This document shows positions 1 to 9,672 of a stretch of 64,000 nucleotides of DNA, piece by piece. The stretch covers positions 3,680,001 through 3,744,000 of the forward strand of contig OY970309.1 in NCBI GenBank assembly GCA_963716395.1. The letters are read 5' to 3'. How positions within the stretch are numbered: the stretch's first letter is position 1; each line of letters starts with the position of its first letter. A program made the position numbers and the translations under genes. Source of the DNA: an uncultured Fibrobacteria bacterium. GTDB taxonomy: Bacteria > Fibrobacterota > Fibrobacteria > UBA11236. The notes beneath the pieces were generated by a model that was not told the DNA's origin, did not search any database, and saw only the letters and a list, made by a program, of their open reading frames with translations.

Positions 1-254
1 AGCCCCAGGTATTCCGCATGCAGATGCGCGCCCCAAGGAAAGGCGGAAAAAAAGAGTTTATACACCAGCAAGGCGACCAAACCGCACAAGGCCGCATACA
101 TCGTATAGCGTGGAAGAAACGCAACCCCGGCCAAGGTCAAGGCGAAAATCACAAACTCGGGATGAATATGCGCGGGCCAGATGCCGCCTCCCGAAGCAAA
201 AGCGCAAAGCGGCAGAACCAATACGAGGAAAAAGATCGGGAATCTTTTAACCAA
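1..254 (-). CDS. Partial CDS (runs off the window start): putative citrate transporter / SLC13-CitMHS-like permease, N-terminus
   Basis: Not in the ORF track. Manual translation from TTG at 254 gives MVKRFPIFFLVLVLPLCAFASGGGIWPAHIHPEFVIFALTLAGVAFLPRYTMYAALCGLVALLVYKLFF..., with GAGGAGG SD about 6 nt upstream. It overlaps the stop of the preceding gene. Family assigned from recalled similarity. Confidence 0.6.
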   Translation of the reverse strand, partial: MVKRFPIFFLVLVLPLCAFASGGGIWPAHIHPEFVIFALTLAGVAFLPRYTMYAALCGLVALLVYKLFFSAFPWGAHLHAEYLG

Positions 255-681
255 TTGGGGCCTCCTCTTTCCATTTGCTGTGGAGCTTCAGGGTGGCCTC
301 CAAAACGCGCGCAGCAATGATCAGAATCACGAAAGCGAAGAAAATATTCGTGGCGCCGCGCGAAACCACCATGCCGCGCCGAATGGCTTCGTTTAAAAAC
401 AGATAGAACACCGAAAGAACGACGAGAAGTAGGGCGGCAATTCGGCTGCGCCAACGTTGCAGGCAAAAACCGAGACCGGCATAAACCGCCGCCCCGGCTA
501 TCAAGGTCCAATCGGTTAAAGCGCCCAAGGCCGCCAAAATAACGGCCACGATATAAAACACCAGCGCTCCCTGACGAATCATAATCACGGCTTTTTCCGG
601 GGTGGAAACCGGTGAAAAAATGCCGATACGCCAATTGCGACCGGCTTTGATGGTTTTTCTTTTTTTCGATTTTTTCGCCAT
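247..681 (-). CDS. Hypothetical membrane protein (about 4 TM helices)
   Basis: ATG at 681 (MAKKSKKRK...) inside ORF 247..807; a basic N-terminus is followed by hydrophobic segments. Confidence 0.65.
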   Translation of the reverse strand: MAKKSKKRKTIKAGRNWRIGIFSPVSTPEKAVIMIRQGALVFYIVAVILAALGALTDWTLIAGAAVYAGLGFCLQRWRSRIAALLLVVLSVFYLFLNEAIRRGMVVSRGATNIFFAFVILIIAARVLEATLKLHSKWKEEAPIG

Positions 682-769
682 GGTGTCGCTTTGCAAACCT
701 AAACTCAATGCATGGGAAAGTGGGAAACGGGCCAAGCACCCGTTTCCCACCGAACCCGAACTCTCTTTT

Positions 770-2293
770 TCAAGCCGGAGTGCGGCTGTCGAAGTATCCA
801 AGGGCACCCATTTCCGGAATATCCAATCCTTCTTCTTCGACCTGGGCGCTCACCCGCAATCCCATGACCATGTCCAGGACTTTAAAGAAGGCGTAGCACA
901 AGACGAAGACCACGACGATGTTGGTGATGGTGCCGATGCACTCGGCCACGAACTGTTTGGGATCTCCGTAGAACAGTCCTTTGACCGTGCCGCTGACGCC
1001 GTTCCAGCCATCGCCGTAAGTGCCGTCGGCAAACAGACCCAGGCTCAGCACGCCCCAGGCTCCATTCACCCCGTGCACCGATATCGCGCCCACCGGATCA
1101 TCGATCTTGCACACGCGTTCGAAGAAAAAGCAGGACCAGACCACCAGCACACCCGAGATTACGCCGATGATAACGGCACTCACGCTGTTGACGAAGGCGC
1201 AAGGCGCGGTGATGGCTACCAAGCCGGCCAGCATGCCGTTGCACATCATGCTGGGATCGGGCTTGCCGTACCGCCACCACATGTACAGCGCGGAAGCCAA
1301 GGCACCGCCGGCGCTGGCCAGCATGGTGTTGGTGGCGATCACGCCGATGCGCAAATCGGTACCGGCCAAGGTGCTGCCCGGATTGAACCCGAACCAGCCG
1401 AAGGCCAGGATGAAGGTGCCGACAATGGCCATGGGAATGTCATGCGCCGGAATCGCTTTGGGCTTGCCATCCTTGTCGAATTTTCCGATGCGCGGCCCGA
1501 TGACCATGGCTCCCGCTAGACCCGCAACCCCGCCCACCATGTGCACCACCGAAGAACCGGCGAAGTCGACATGGCCGTGGCCCAGGCCGAAATTGGTCCC
1601 TAATTGAGAGAGCCAGCCGCCCCCCCACACCCAGTTGCCGAACAGGGGGTAAACCACCATGGAGATGAAAAACCCGTACACCATAAAGGCGGAGTATTTC
1701 CACCGTTCCGCCATGGCGCCGGTGGGAATGGTGGCCGTGGTATCCATAAACACCATTTGAAAGAGGAATAAGGTGAAAATGGAGGCATCATAGGCTACAC
1801 CGCTGAGGAAGAAGCCTTTGAGCCCGAGAATGCCGAAGTCATGGCCGAACAAATGCAGTATCAGCTCATGACTGAGCCCGCCGGTTCCGCCGGCCAGGGT
1901 TCCACTGGCTCCAGCACCACCGAACATAAAGGCGAAACCGCATATCCAAAATCCCAGCATGCCAACTGGGTAAACCATGAAATTCATGGCCATGGTATGG
2001 GCCGCATTCTTCGCCTGACATAAACCGGTTTCCACCATGGCAAAGCCGGCCTGCATGAACATCACCAAAAAGCCGGTGACCAGGGTCCAGACGATATTGA
2101 TGGCGATTTTGTTATGGCCTACGGTGGCCGCGATTTCATCCATGGTCGGCTTGCCGGCCACTTTCGCGGGAATATCCATGGCCGTACCCGTATTTCCGCC
2201 CGAGGGATCGGGATCTGCGAAAAGTGGGGCTGCCGAACTTAACAGGAAAAGCAAAACCCACGTAATCAAAAATCCCCACTTCAATTTGGACAT
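770..2293 (-). CDS. amt: Ammonium transporter (Amt family)
   Basis: Motifs FMQAGFAMVETG, DFAGSSVVH, FGWFGFNPGS, DDPVGAISVHG (twin His); signal peptide; AGGAG SD. Confidence 0.97.
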   Translation of the reverse strand: MSKLKWGFLITWVLLFLLSSAAPLFADPDPSGGNTGTAMDIPAKVAGKPTMDEIAATVGHNKIAINIVWTLVTGFLVMFMQAGFAMVETGLCQAKNAAHTMAMNFMVYPVGMLGFWICGFAFMFGGAGASGTLAGGTGGLSHELILHLFGHDFGILGLKGFFLSGVAYDASIFTLFLFQMVFMDTTATIPTGAMAERWKYSAFMVYGFFISMVVYPLFGNWVWGGGWLSQLGTNFGLGHGHVDFAGSSVVHMVGGVAGLAGAMVIGPRIGKFDKDGKPKAIPAHDIPMAIVGTFILAFGWFGFNPGSTLAGTDLRIGVIATNTMLASAGGALASALYMWWRYGKPDPSMMCNGMLAGLVAITAPCAFVNSVSAVIIGVISGVLVVWSCFFFERVCKIDDPVGAISVHGVNGAWGVLSLGLFADGTYGDGWNGVSGTVKGLFYGDPKQFVAECIGTITNIVVVFVLCYAFFKVLDMVMGLRVSAQVEEEGLDIPEMGALGYFDSRTPA

Positions 2294-2328
2294 ACCTTCA
2301 CTCCTTTTTTGTGGATGAAGCGGGGTAA

Positions 2329-2345
2329 AACAACATTTATGCCAA
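2329..2345 (-). promoter_or_regulatory. Putative sigma-54 (-24/-12) promoter for amt
   Basis: Minus strand reads TTGGCAT-AAATG-TTGTT against consensus TGGCAC-N5-TTGCW. Spacing is correct but the -12 C is a mismatch. It lies upstream of a nitrogen-uptake gene. Confidence 0.45.
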
Positions 2346-2556
2346 TATCAAAACGCGGAATTTGCGGGTTTCCCATTCGATTTGATATGAAAAACCAAAA
2401 ACAAAGCGAAACAAAAATGACAATATGTGAAAATTTATTGTTCTTGTTTTACAATTTTAAACGATAGCGGTTGACTTGACCAATATCACCTGAATAAAGC
2501 GCCGATGTCATTCGGGTCTTAAGACTTGAAAAAACACAAACTGAACTGGAAAACTG

Positions 2557-4029
2557 ATGAAAACTTTCAAAATCAGAATGGCTGTCTGCATTCTCATCGC
2601 CGGAACCGTGGTGTGCTCCTGGGCCCAAACGATGGCTCCTCATCCCGATCCCCAACTTTCCATCCCGAATAATGCGCAAGTGAGCAGTTCTGCAGATTCA
2701 AGTCTGTCAGCCCGAATTTCCGACCTGGAAGCCTATGTCAAGAACGAATCCCCCGCTCGACTGACGGGGATTTCGGGTCCGGGAGACAATGCTTGGATGA
2801 TGACTTCGGCGGCCCTGGTATTGTTCATGACCTTGCCCGGTCTGGCCTTGTTTTACGGCGGCCTGGTCCGCACTAAAAACGTGCTGTCGGTTCTGGCCCA
2901 ATGCCTGGGGGCCGCCGGATTGGTCACCATTCTTTGGTGGGCCTTCGGCTACAGCCTGGCGTTTGCCCCAGGCAACCCTTTTCTGGGCGGCTTCAAATTC
3001 GCCTTCCTGCACGGCGTTACCAGCGCGCCGAACACCGATTATGCGGCCTGGGTTTCACAAAACGTCTTTTCCATGTACCAGCTCATGTTCGCCATCATCA
3101 CGCCGGCCTTAATCGTGGGCGCCATCGCCGAACGCATGCAGTTCAAAGCCATCCTGCTCTTCATCTTCGGTTGGATGCTGCTGGTCTACTTTCCCCTGGC
3201 GCACATGGTGTGGGGTGTGGATGGTTTTATGAACGGCGTTTGGAATGCGAAGGCCGTCATCAAAGCCATCGATTTCGCCGGCGGCACCGTCGTGCACATG
3301 TCTTCCGGCTGGTCGGCCCTGATTCTCTGTCTCTGGCTGGGAAAACGCACGGGTTTCGGGCACAAAAACTTCGCGCCCCACAGCTTGGTGCTGACCATGG
3401 TGGGCACGGGCATGCTCTGGGTGGGTTGGTATGGTTTCAATGCGGGATCGGCCCTGGCTGCCGACGGCATCGCAGCCAACGCTTTCATGACGACCACCTT
3501 GGCCACGGCGGTATCCTGCTTCGTATGGCCCATGCTGGAATGGATCACGCGCGGCAAGCCCACGGTGCTGGGGTTTTGTTCGGGCGCGGTCGCCGGGTTG
3601 GTGGTGATCACACCCGCCACCGGTTTTGTGGACGCCAGCGGCGCGGTCATCATCGGGGTCTTGGCCGCGGTGGTGCCGTATATCTCCTGCAATTGGTTGA
3701 AACACCGCCTGGGTTATGATGATGCGCTGGATACCTTCGGCGTGCATGGCGTGGGTGGAACCCTGGGGGCCCTGTTGACGGGATTTCTGGCCACGACCAG
3801 CGTGAACGGCAACCTGGCCACCAATCTGAGTGGAATTGTCGGCAAGACTTTGTGGCTGGAACAACTCAAAGCCATCGGGGTTACCATCACACTGGCCATT
3901 CTGGGCACAACGATTTTGGCCTTAGGAATCAAGTTGGTGCTGGGTTTGCGCCCGGCGCAGGAGGATGAGTTGCTCGGCCTGGACTTGGTGGATCATGGTG
4001 AAGCGGGCTATCACTATGAAGAGGCCTGA
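2557..4029 (+). CDS. amtB: Ammonium transporter AmtB
   Basis: Motifs NAWMMTSAALVLFMTLPGLALFYGG, DFAGGTVVH, GWYGFNAGS, DDALDTFGVHG, and C-terminal HGEAGY. Confidence 0.97.
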   Translation: MKTFKIRMAVCILIAGTVVCSWAQTMAPHPDPQLSIPNNAQVSSSADSSLSARISDLEAYVKNESPARLTGISGPGDNAWMMTSAALVLFMTLPGLALFYGGLVRTKNVLSVLAQCLGAAGLVTILWWAFGYSLAFAPGNPFLGGFKFAFLHGVTSAPNTDYAAWVSQNVFSMYQLMFAIITPALIVGAIAERMQFKAILLFIFGWMLLVYFPLAHMVWGVDGFMNGVWNAKAVIKAIDFAGGTVVHMSSGWSALILCLWLGKRTGFGHKNFAPHSLVLTMVGTGMLWVGWYGFNAGSALAADGIAANAFMTTTLATAVSCFVWPMLEWITRGKPTVLGFCSGAVAGLVVITPATGFVDASGAVIIGVLAAVVPYISCNWLKHRLGYDDALDTFGVHGVGGTLGALLTGFLATTSVNGNLATNLSGIVGKTLWLEQLKAIGVTITLAILGTTILALGIKLVLGLRPAQEDELLGLDLVDHGEAGYHYEEA

Positions 4030-4059
4030 CCGGATCCGCTTCATTGCCCTGCGGAACCA

Positions 4060-4105
4060 TCGGTCCGTTCTGCTTTCAGCCGGGGAGCGGACTGATTATA
4101 TTTTC
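4060..4105 (+). terminator. Putative intrinsic terminator after amtB
   Basis: TCGGTCCGTTC / GAGCGGACTGA stem (with G-U pairs) followed by TTATATTTT. Confidence 0.45.
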
Positions 4106-4124
4106 ATCCCCTTGAGCTGATTGT

Positions 4125-4201
4125 CGGGATGTGGCTCAGTCTGGTAGAGCACTTGCTTCGGGAGCAAGGGGTCGTGGGTTCGAATCCCGCCATCCCGACC
4201 A
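4125..4201 (+). tRNA. tRNA-Pro (anticodon CGG)
   Basis: Acceptor stem CGGGATG/CATCCCG, anticodon arm CTTGC-TTCGGGA-GCAAG, T-loop GTTCGAATC, encoded CCA. Confidence 0.97.
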
Positions 4202-4264
4202 ATTTTCACGTTGTGGGGAAGGCGCCGGCGAGATTCACGTGGCGCCCGCACCACCGGGTTTGAA

Positions 4265-5053
4265 CTAAAAATTTTTCACGGCATTGCGGAAAATCGCCAG
4301 GCCGTCGCCTTCGCGGCCCAAGCCGGTGCGTGTCCAGCGCGGATGCTGGGTGGGAAGGATATACGCTTCGGGATGCGGCATCAATCCCAACACCAAACCG
4401 TCGGCGCTGCACAGGCCCGCGACATGGGCGACGGAGCCGTTGGGGTTGTCGGGAAAACCGGCGGGGCCCTCCGGCGGAAGCGTTCCGTCGGCGCGCGTGT
4501 AGCGTAAGCAGATTTGTCCGCTTTGCTCCAGCCCCGCCAGCAAGTCCGGGCCGCCCGGAATGAATTTGCCCTCGCCGTGGCGCACGGGAAGATATAGACT
4601 TTCGAGGCCGCGCAGCCACAAACAAAACGTGCCGGCCGCGGCTTTCAAGTACACCCAGCGATCTTCGTAACGGCTGGAATCATTGTAAGTGAGGGTGCAG
4701 GTCTGGGTGAACGAGGCCGGCTCGGTGCCGGGCAACAGCCCCAATTTGACCAGCACTTGAAAGCCGTTGCAAATGCCGATCATGGGCATTTTGCGCGCAC
4801 GCAACCGGAGTAAGGTTTCGCCCAACTTGTATTTCATGCGGTTGGCGAAAACGCGGCCGCTGGCGATGTGGTCGCCGAAGGAAAAGCCCCCGGGAAAAGC
4901 GAGAATGTCGAACTCTTCCAGGCGCACGCGGCCGGCCACGGCGTCGTGCAAATGCACGGCCTCGGCCCGGCCGCCGGCCAATTGGAAGGCCCCCATCAAC
5001 TCCTGATCCGAGTTGATTCCATAGCCGGTGAGAACGGCGACACGGGCGGTCAT
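4265..5053 (-). CDS. purQ: FGAM synthase glutamine amidotransferase subunit PurQ
   Basis: PGGFSFGD, GICNGFQ (catalytic Cys), HGEG, NPNGS, GLMPHPE. Confidence 0.96.
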   Translation of the reverse strand: MTARVAVLTGYGINSDQELMGAFQLAGGRAEAVHLHDAVAGRVRLEEFDILAFPGGFSFGDHIASGRVFANRMKYKLGETLLRLRARKMPMIGICNGFQVLVKLGLLPGTEPASFTQTCTLTYNDSSRYEDRWVYLKAAAGTFCLWLRGLESLYLPVRHGEGKFIPGGPDLLAGLEQSGQICLRYTRADGTLPPEGPAGFPDNPNGSVAHVAGLCSADGLVLGLMPHPEAYILPTQHPRWTRTGLGREGDGLAIFRNAVKNF

Positions 5054-5054
5054 A

Positions 5055-8027
5055 TCAAAAATCCAAGGGGCGGCGCCAAGCGTTCCAGGCTTCGTTCAGC
5101 GATACGGTGAAGGCTTCATCGGGTGAAACCGTAACGCGAAACCGGGCGTCTCCCGTGACTTCGCCGATGCACGCGCAGGGCGAGCCCGCCATGGCCGCGA
5201 CCCAGTCTTTTTCATTTTCAACGGAAACAGAAATCACAAATCGCCCCTGGCTTTCGCCGAAGAGCAGCGCGTGCCGCGAGACCGAAGCCGCTTGCGGCGC
5301 CCGCCCGGCGTCGACGCGGCAGCCCAGCCGCCCTGCCAGGCCGCATTCCGCCAAGGCCGTCCACAGCCCCCCGTCGGAACAATCATGCGCCGAGCGCACC
5401 AGACCGGCCACCATCGCCGCATGCAACTTGCGATACAAGGCCAGATTGGCGGCGGCATCGACACGCGGGACGGCATTGCCCACGGCGCCCAGCAGGTGGA
5501 AATACTCGGAGGCCCCGGTTTCTTCGCGCGTATCGCCTACCACGTAGATGCGGTCGCCGGGACTTTTGAAATCCATGGTGATGGCTTGCGCAGCATCGGG
5601 CATGGGTCCCAGCACCGAGATGAGCAAGGTGGGCGGAACGCTGATGCGATCGCGGCCACGCCCATAATCGTTTTTCATCGAGTCTTTGCCGGAAATCAGC
5701 GGCAGCGAATAGGCCGTGCACACGTCGTACAACGCTTGGCCGGCGCGCACCAATTGCGCCAACTTGAATTGGCCGTCGGGCGTGGCTTCGGATTCCACGG
5801 GATCGGGCCAGCAAAAGTTGTCGAGCGCGGCCAGCCGCTCCGGCGGCGCGCCCACGGCCACGGCATTGCGCACGGCCTCGTCGACGGCGCAGGCCGCCAT
5901 GTGGTAAGCGTCGATGTCGCTGTAGCGCGGACACAGACCATGCGCCACCACCAGAGCATCATGGCGATCCGCCAGCGGGCGCAAGACCGCCGCGTCGCTG
6001 GGCCCGTCGTTTTGGGCGCCGGTAAAGGGCTTGACCACGCTTTGGCCCTGCACTTCGTGATCGTATTGCCGCACCCAGGTTTCCTTCGAGCAAATGTTGA
6101 GGCGCGCGAGCAGCGCCAGGGCATCTTCTTTCAGGTTGCGTTGCGCCAGCACCGAAGCCGGAGGCTCAGCATGCTGCGGGAGCGACCAGCGCGCCTGGAG
6201 ATGCAGCCGGGGATTGCCCTCGTGCAGGAATTGCATGTCCATGCGGGCCACGGGCCGGCCCTGGTAAAAGCAGGCGAAAAACCCCGAAGCCGTGAATTCG
6301 CCGAGGTCGGCAACTTCGACGTCACGCCGGGCGGCCAGATCGCGAAAGGCGTCCCACCGCTCGGGAGGTACGGCAAACGACATGCGCTCCTGGGCCTCGG
6401 AGACCAGGATTTCCCAGGGGTCGAGTCCCGCGTATTTGAGCGGCGCGCGATCGAGGTGCAGCGCGCAGCCGCCGCATTCCCGGGCCATTTCTCCCAGGCT
6501 GCTGGAAAGGCCGCCGGCCCCGTTGTCGGTGACGAAGCGATAAAGACCCGCGTCGCGCGCTTCGAGCAGAAAGTCGAGCAGTTTCTTCTGGGTGATGGGA
6601 TCGCCGATTTGCACCGCCGACACGGGCGAAGCCTCGGTGAGGGCGGCCGAGGAAAAGGTGGCGCCGTGGATGCCGTCTTTGCCGATGCGGCCGCCCGCCA
6701 TCACAATGCGATCACCGGGATGAATCTCTTTTTGCCAGGACGGCCGGCCGTTGATTTCCGCGGGAATCAATCCGCCCGTGCCGCAAAACACCAGCGGCTT
6801 GCCGAGATAGCGGTCGTCGAATACGATGCTGCCGTTGACCGTGGGAATGCCGCTTTCGTTGCCGCCGTCTTTGACGCCGCGATGCACTTCGCGCAACAGG
6901 CGACGGGGATGGTGCAGCTTGTCGGGGACGGGACGGTCATAGAACGGAGATGCGAAGCAGAACACGTCGGTGTTGAAAATGGGTTTGCAGCCCAGACCGC
7001 AGCCGAGAATGTCGCGGTTCACGCCCACGATGCCGGTCATGGCGCCGCCGTAGGGGTCGAGCGCCGAAGGGCTGTTATGGGTTTCGGCCTTCATGGCCAC
7101 GTCCCAGCCGTCACAGAAGGCGATGATGCCGGCGTTGTCGGTGAACACCGATTTGAGCCAGGGCGTTCGAGGCCGCACCGCGTCGGTGGCCGCTTGGACG
7201 AAGGTTTTGAACAGCGAATGGATGAGGCGTTTGTCGCCGTGCTCATCGGTGTATTCGATGTCGGCCGCGAAGATTTTGTGCTTGCAATGTTCGCTCCAGG
7301 TTTGGGCGATCATTTCCAGTTCCACGTCGGTGGGCCAGGCCGCCATCCCGCCCTGAACGCGCGCGGCCTGATGCGCAGAATCGGCGTAATGTGCGCGCAC
7401 GGCCTGCATTTCTTCCAGCGACAGCGACAGTAGTCTTTCGTCGGACAGCCGGCGCAGCGCCTCGGGATCGTCGGGCAGGGGTAGCGCGCGCGTTTCGGGT
7501 GTGTGCGGCACCACGACCCGGCGCGAACGGGCGGGAATGCCCGGAGATTGCTTCCATTCCTCGGCCGACACGACCTGCCAGGTTTCGATCAAATCGTTGG
7601 CCAGCAAAGCCGTGGCCACGCGCACGGCATCGGCATGCGTCAAAGGGCCGCGCAGCAATACTTGGCGGCTGGTGTACACCTGATCGTGTTCGCCCGGTTT
7701 TTTCCCCAGCGCATCGGCCACGCCCGCCCGCGCCGAGCGGCCCACATTGTCGGTGACGCCGGGTTTGTAACCGACCTCGATCAGCCAGTCGAAGTCGCGG
7801 GCCAAAGGCTGGCCCACGGAAAAAATCTCGGTGATGGGATCGCTGAAAAGTTCGGCGCCGAGGCGTTCCAACTCTTCCGGATTCAGTTGCATTTCCAAGG
7901 TGTAAACCCGAATCAAGGCGGCGGATTCCGCCGGCAGATGCAGGTCTTCGCGCACCGCGCGCAACATGCGTTGCGCCGGAGAGTCGGTGGCCGGGCTTTT
8001 CTGGGCGACCTCGATACGTTGGAGCAA
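5055..8027 (-). CDS. purL: FGAM synthase synthetase subunit PurL with N-terminal PurS-like extension
   Basis: QTWSEHCKHKIF, KAETHNSPS, DNGAGGL, ISGKDSM, HDCSDGG; about 160 aa N-terminal region with KPGVTDNVG. Confidence 0.95.
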   Translation of the reverse strand: MLQRIEVAQKSPATDSPAQRMLRAVREDLHLPAESAALIRVYTLEMQLNPEELERLGAELFSDPITEIFSVGQPLARDFDWLIEVGYKPGVTDNVGRSARAGVADALGKKPGEHDQVYTSRQVLLRGPLTHADAVRVATALLANDLIETWQVVSAEEWKQSPGIPARSRRVVVPHTPETRALPLPDDPEALRRLSDERLLSLSLEEMQAVRAHYADSAHQAARVQGGMAAWPTDVELEMIAQTWSEHCKHKIFAADIEYTDEHGDKRLIHSLFKTFVQAATDAVRPRTPWLKSVFTDNAGIIAFCDGWDVAMKAETHNSPSALDPYGGAMTGIVGVNRDILGCGLGCKPIFNTDVFCFASPFYDRPVPDKLHHPRRLLREVHRGVKDGGNESGIPTVNGSIVFDDRYLGKPLVFCGTGGLIPAEINGRPSWQKEIHPGDRIVMAGGRIGKDGIHGATFSSAALTEASPVSAVQIGDPITQKKLLDFLLEARDAGLYRFVTDNGAGGLSSSLGEMARECGGCALHLDRAPLKYAGLDPWEILVSEAQERMSFAVPPERWDAFRDLAARRDVEVADLGEFTASGFFACFYQGRPVARMDMQFLHEGNPRLHLQARWSLPQHAEPPASVLAQRNLKEDALALLARLNICSKETWVRQYDHEVQGQSVVKPFTGAQNDGPSDAAVLRPLADRHDALVVAHGLCPRYSDIDAYHMAACAVDEAVRNAVAVGAPPERLAALDNFCWPDPVESEATPDGQFKLAQLVRAGQALYDVCTAYSLPLISGKDSMKNDYGRGRDRISVPPTLLISVLGPMPDAAQAITMDFKSPGDRIYVVGDTREETGASEYFHLLGAVGNAVPRVDAAANLALYRKLHAAMVAGLVRSAHDCSDGGLWTALAECGLAGRLGCRVDAGRAPQAASVSRHALLFGESQGRFVISVSVENEKDWVAAMAGSPCACIGEVTGDARFRVTVSPDEAFTVSLNEAWNAWRRPLDF

Positions 8028-8134
8028 AAGCGAATTCCTGATGCGGGTCCGAATTTTCCCGTGTGAAGTGCCAATGTAGAACTTGGCGTGAGGCGGGTGG
8101 CGAGGACCGGGGTGTTTGATACCTTTGGGCCCGC

Positions 8135-8207
8135 GTCCTCGTAGCTCAACAGGATAGAGCTGTGGTTTCCTAAACCGCCGATCCCCGTTCGAGTCGGGGC
8201 GAGGACA
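8135..8207 (+). tRNA. tRNA-Arg (anticodon CCT); CCA not encoded
   Basis: Acceptor stem GTCCTCG/CGAGGAC, anticodon arm GTGGT-TTCCTAA-ACCGC, T-loop GTTCGAGTC. Confidence 0.93.
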
Positions 8208-8391
8208 TGCCCTCCGCAGCCCTTGGCTTCAAAAACCGCGGTTTTCCAGCCCGCTGTCAAACGGTGCCATCCCGGCTGCGCCGGGTTGGGCTCCGACGCG
8301 AGCGCCATCGCCCTGTGCGGTGCGCAACCTCGGAGCCGCCGGATTTCAATTAGAATTTTTCACCAACTCCCCCTCGAAAAGGAACCCCATC

Positions 8392-8820
8392 ATGACCTGC
8401 ATCAATCCCTATCTGAACTTTTCGGGCAATTGCGGACAGGCGTTTGATTTTTACAAATCCGTGTTTGGGAGCGAGTTCTCCCAACACATGCGTTTCCAAG
8501 ATGTGCCGCCCGGAACACCGGGCCCGAAAACCGATCCCGAGCACATCATGCACGTCTCCTTACCCATCGGCAAAGACACCGTGCTCATGGGGAGCGACCG
8601 GTCCGAGGCCATGGGAAAAAACATTCCGGGCAACAACTTTTCCATTTCCATCGGCACCGACAGCCAGGCCGAAGCCGACCGCTTATTCTCCGGCCTGGCC
8701 GCGGGGGGAACGGTGACCATGCCCATGGCCAAAACTTTCTGGGGCGCCTACTTCGGCATGCTCACCGATAAGTTCGGGATTCAATGGATGGTCGACTACA
8801 CCGCTCCGCAGCCGAAATAG
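8392..8820 (+). CDS. VOC/glyoxalase family protein (PhnB-like)
   Basis: INPYLNFSGNC..AFDFYKSVFG, IMHVSL, FWGAYFGMLTDKFGIQWM; AAGGA SD before ATG 8392. Confidence 0.9.
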   Translation: MTCINPYLNFSGNCGQAFDFYKSVFGSEFSQHMRFQDVPPGTPGPKTDPEHIMHVSLPIGKDTVLMGSDRSEAMGKNIPGNNFSISIGTDSQAEADRLFSGLAAGGTVTMPMAKTFWGAYFGMLTDKFGIQWMVDYTAPQPK

Positions 8821-8841
8821 GCGCGCGAAAAAGGAGAACGC

Positions 8842-9018
8842 ATGTCCGCAAAACCGGGGTCGGAGTCGCCCCAAGCTCCGAAAACCCCGGGCGCCCATCC
8901 GTTCTGTGGCCGGGCGGGCGGCATGCGCATCACCTTGCGCCAAATCTGTTACAAGGTGTCGATCCGCAAAACCGACGAGGCCCAGCGCAGGGGTGGAGGC
9001 AAAGCTCGGATCGTCTAG
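8842..9018 (+). CDS. Possible small protein (58 aa) of unknown function
   Basis: AAGGAG SD upstream of ATG 8842; the ORF fills the gap between operon genes; no recognisable motif. Confidence 0.3.
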   Translation: MSAKPGSESPQAPKTPGAHPFCGRAGGMRITLRQICYKVSIRKTDEAQRRGGGKARIV

Positions 9019-9105
9019 AAGAATAATTGTCGCATCCGCAACACCCGTGTGAACTGGTTCCCCGACGAAGCCATCCCGGTGCGGAGCCCATCTGAAGGAG
9101 ATCGC

Positions 9106-9672
9106 ATGTTCAAGAAAATCGCCCTGATCGTGGTCTTGTTGCTGGCCGCCCTGCTGATTGTGGCCGCCACCAAACCCGGCACCTTTGCCATCCAGCGCAC
9201 CACGCGCATCCAGGCGCCGCCCGCCCGGATCTTCGCCCTCATCGACGACTTCCATCGTTGGCCTGCGTGGTCGCCCTACGAAAAACTCGATCCCGACATG
9301 CGGCATACCTTCGGCGGCCCGGCCCAAGGCGTGGGGACGGAATATCGCTGGGAGGGGAACGGCAAGGTCGGATCGGGACGCATGCAAATCGCGTCGGCCA
9401 CGCCCGATCACATCACCATCGATCTGTATTTCACCAAGCCCATGAAGGCGCACAATGTCGCCGAGTTTTCGCTGCGTCCCGACGGCGATACGACCGACGT
9501 GACCTGGGCCATGCACGGACCCGTGCCCTTTGTCGGCAAAATCATGAGCGTGTTCTTCAGCATGGACAAGATGATTGGAAAAGAGTTCGCAACGGGCCTT
9601 TCCAATCTCAAAGCGGTCGCCGAAGCGCCGGCACCTGCTTCCGCCGCCGCGCCCATTTCGGATAAACCATGA
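9106..9672 (+). CDS. SRPBCC (polyketide cyclase/START-like) family protein with N-terminal membrane anchor
   Basis: IFALIDDFHRWPAWSPYEKLDP, YRWEGN, FATGLSNLK; GAAGGAG SD. Confidence 0.9.
   Translation: MFKKIALIVVLLLAALLIVAATKPGTFAIQRTTRIQAPPARIFALIDDFHRWPAWSPYEKLDPDMRHTFGGPAQGVGTEYRWEGNGKVGSGRMQIASATPDHITIDLYFTKPMKAHNVAEFSLRPDGDTTDVTWAMHGPVPFVGKIMSVFFSMDKMIGKEFATGLSNLKAVAEAPAPASAAAPISDKP

Noticed and set aside
2439-2453. NifA/GlnR-type TGT..ACA site in the amt spacer
   Set aside because: The spacing is N9, which fits neither TGT-N10-ACA nor TGTNAN7TNACA, and such a match is likely by chance in AT-rich DNA.
5271-7433. Long antisense ORFs (e.g. 720 aa opposite purL, 588 aa opposite gspE, 562 aa at 26505, 427 aa opposite the DGC)
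   Set aside because: These are shadow ORFs expected in high-GC DNA opposite well-conserved genes, with no motifs of their own.
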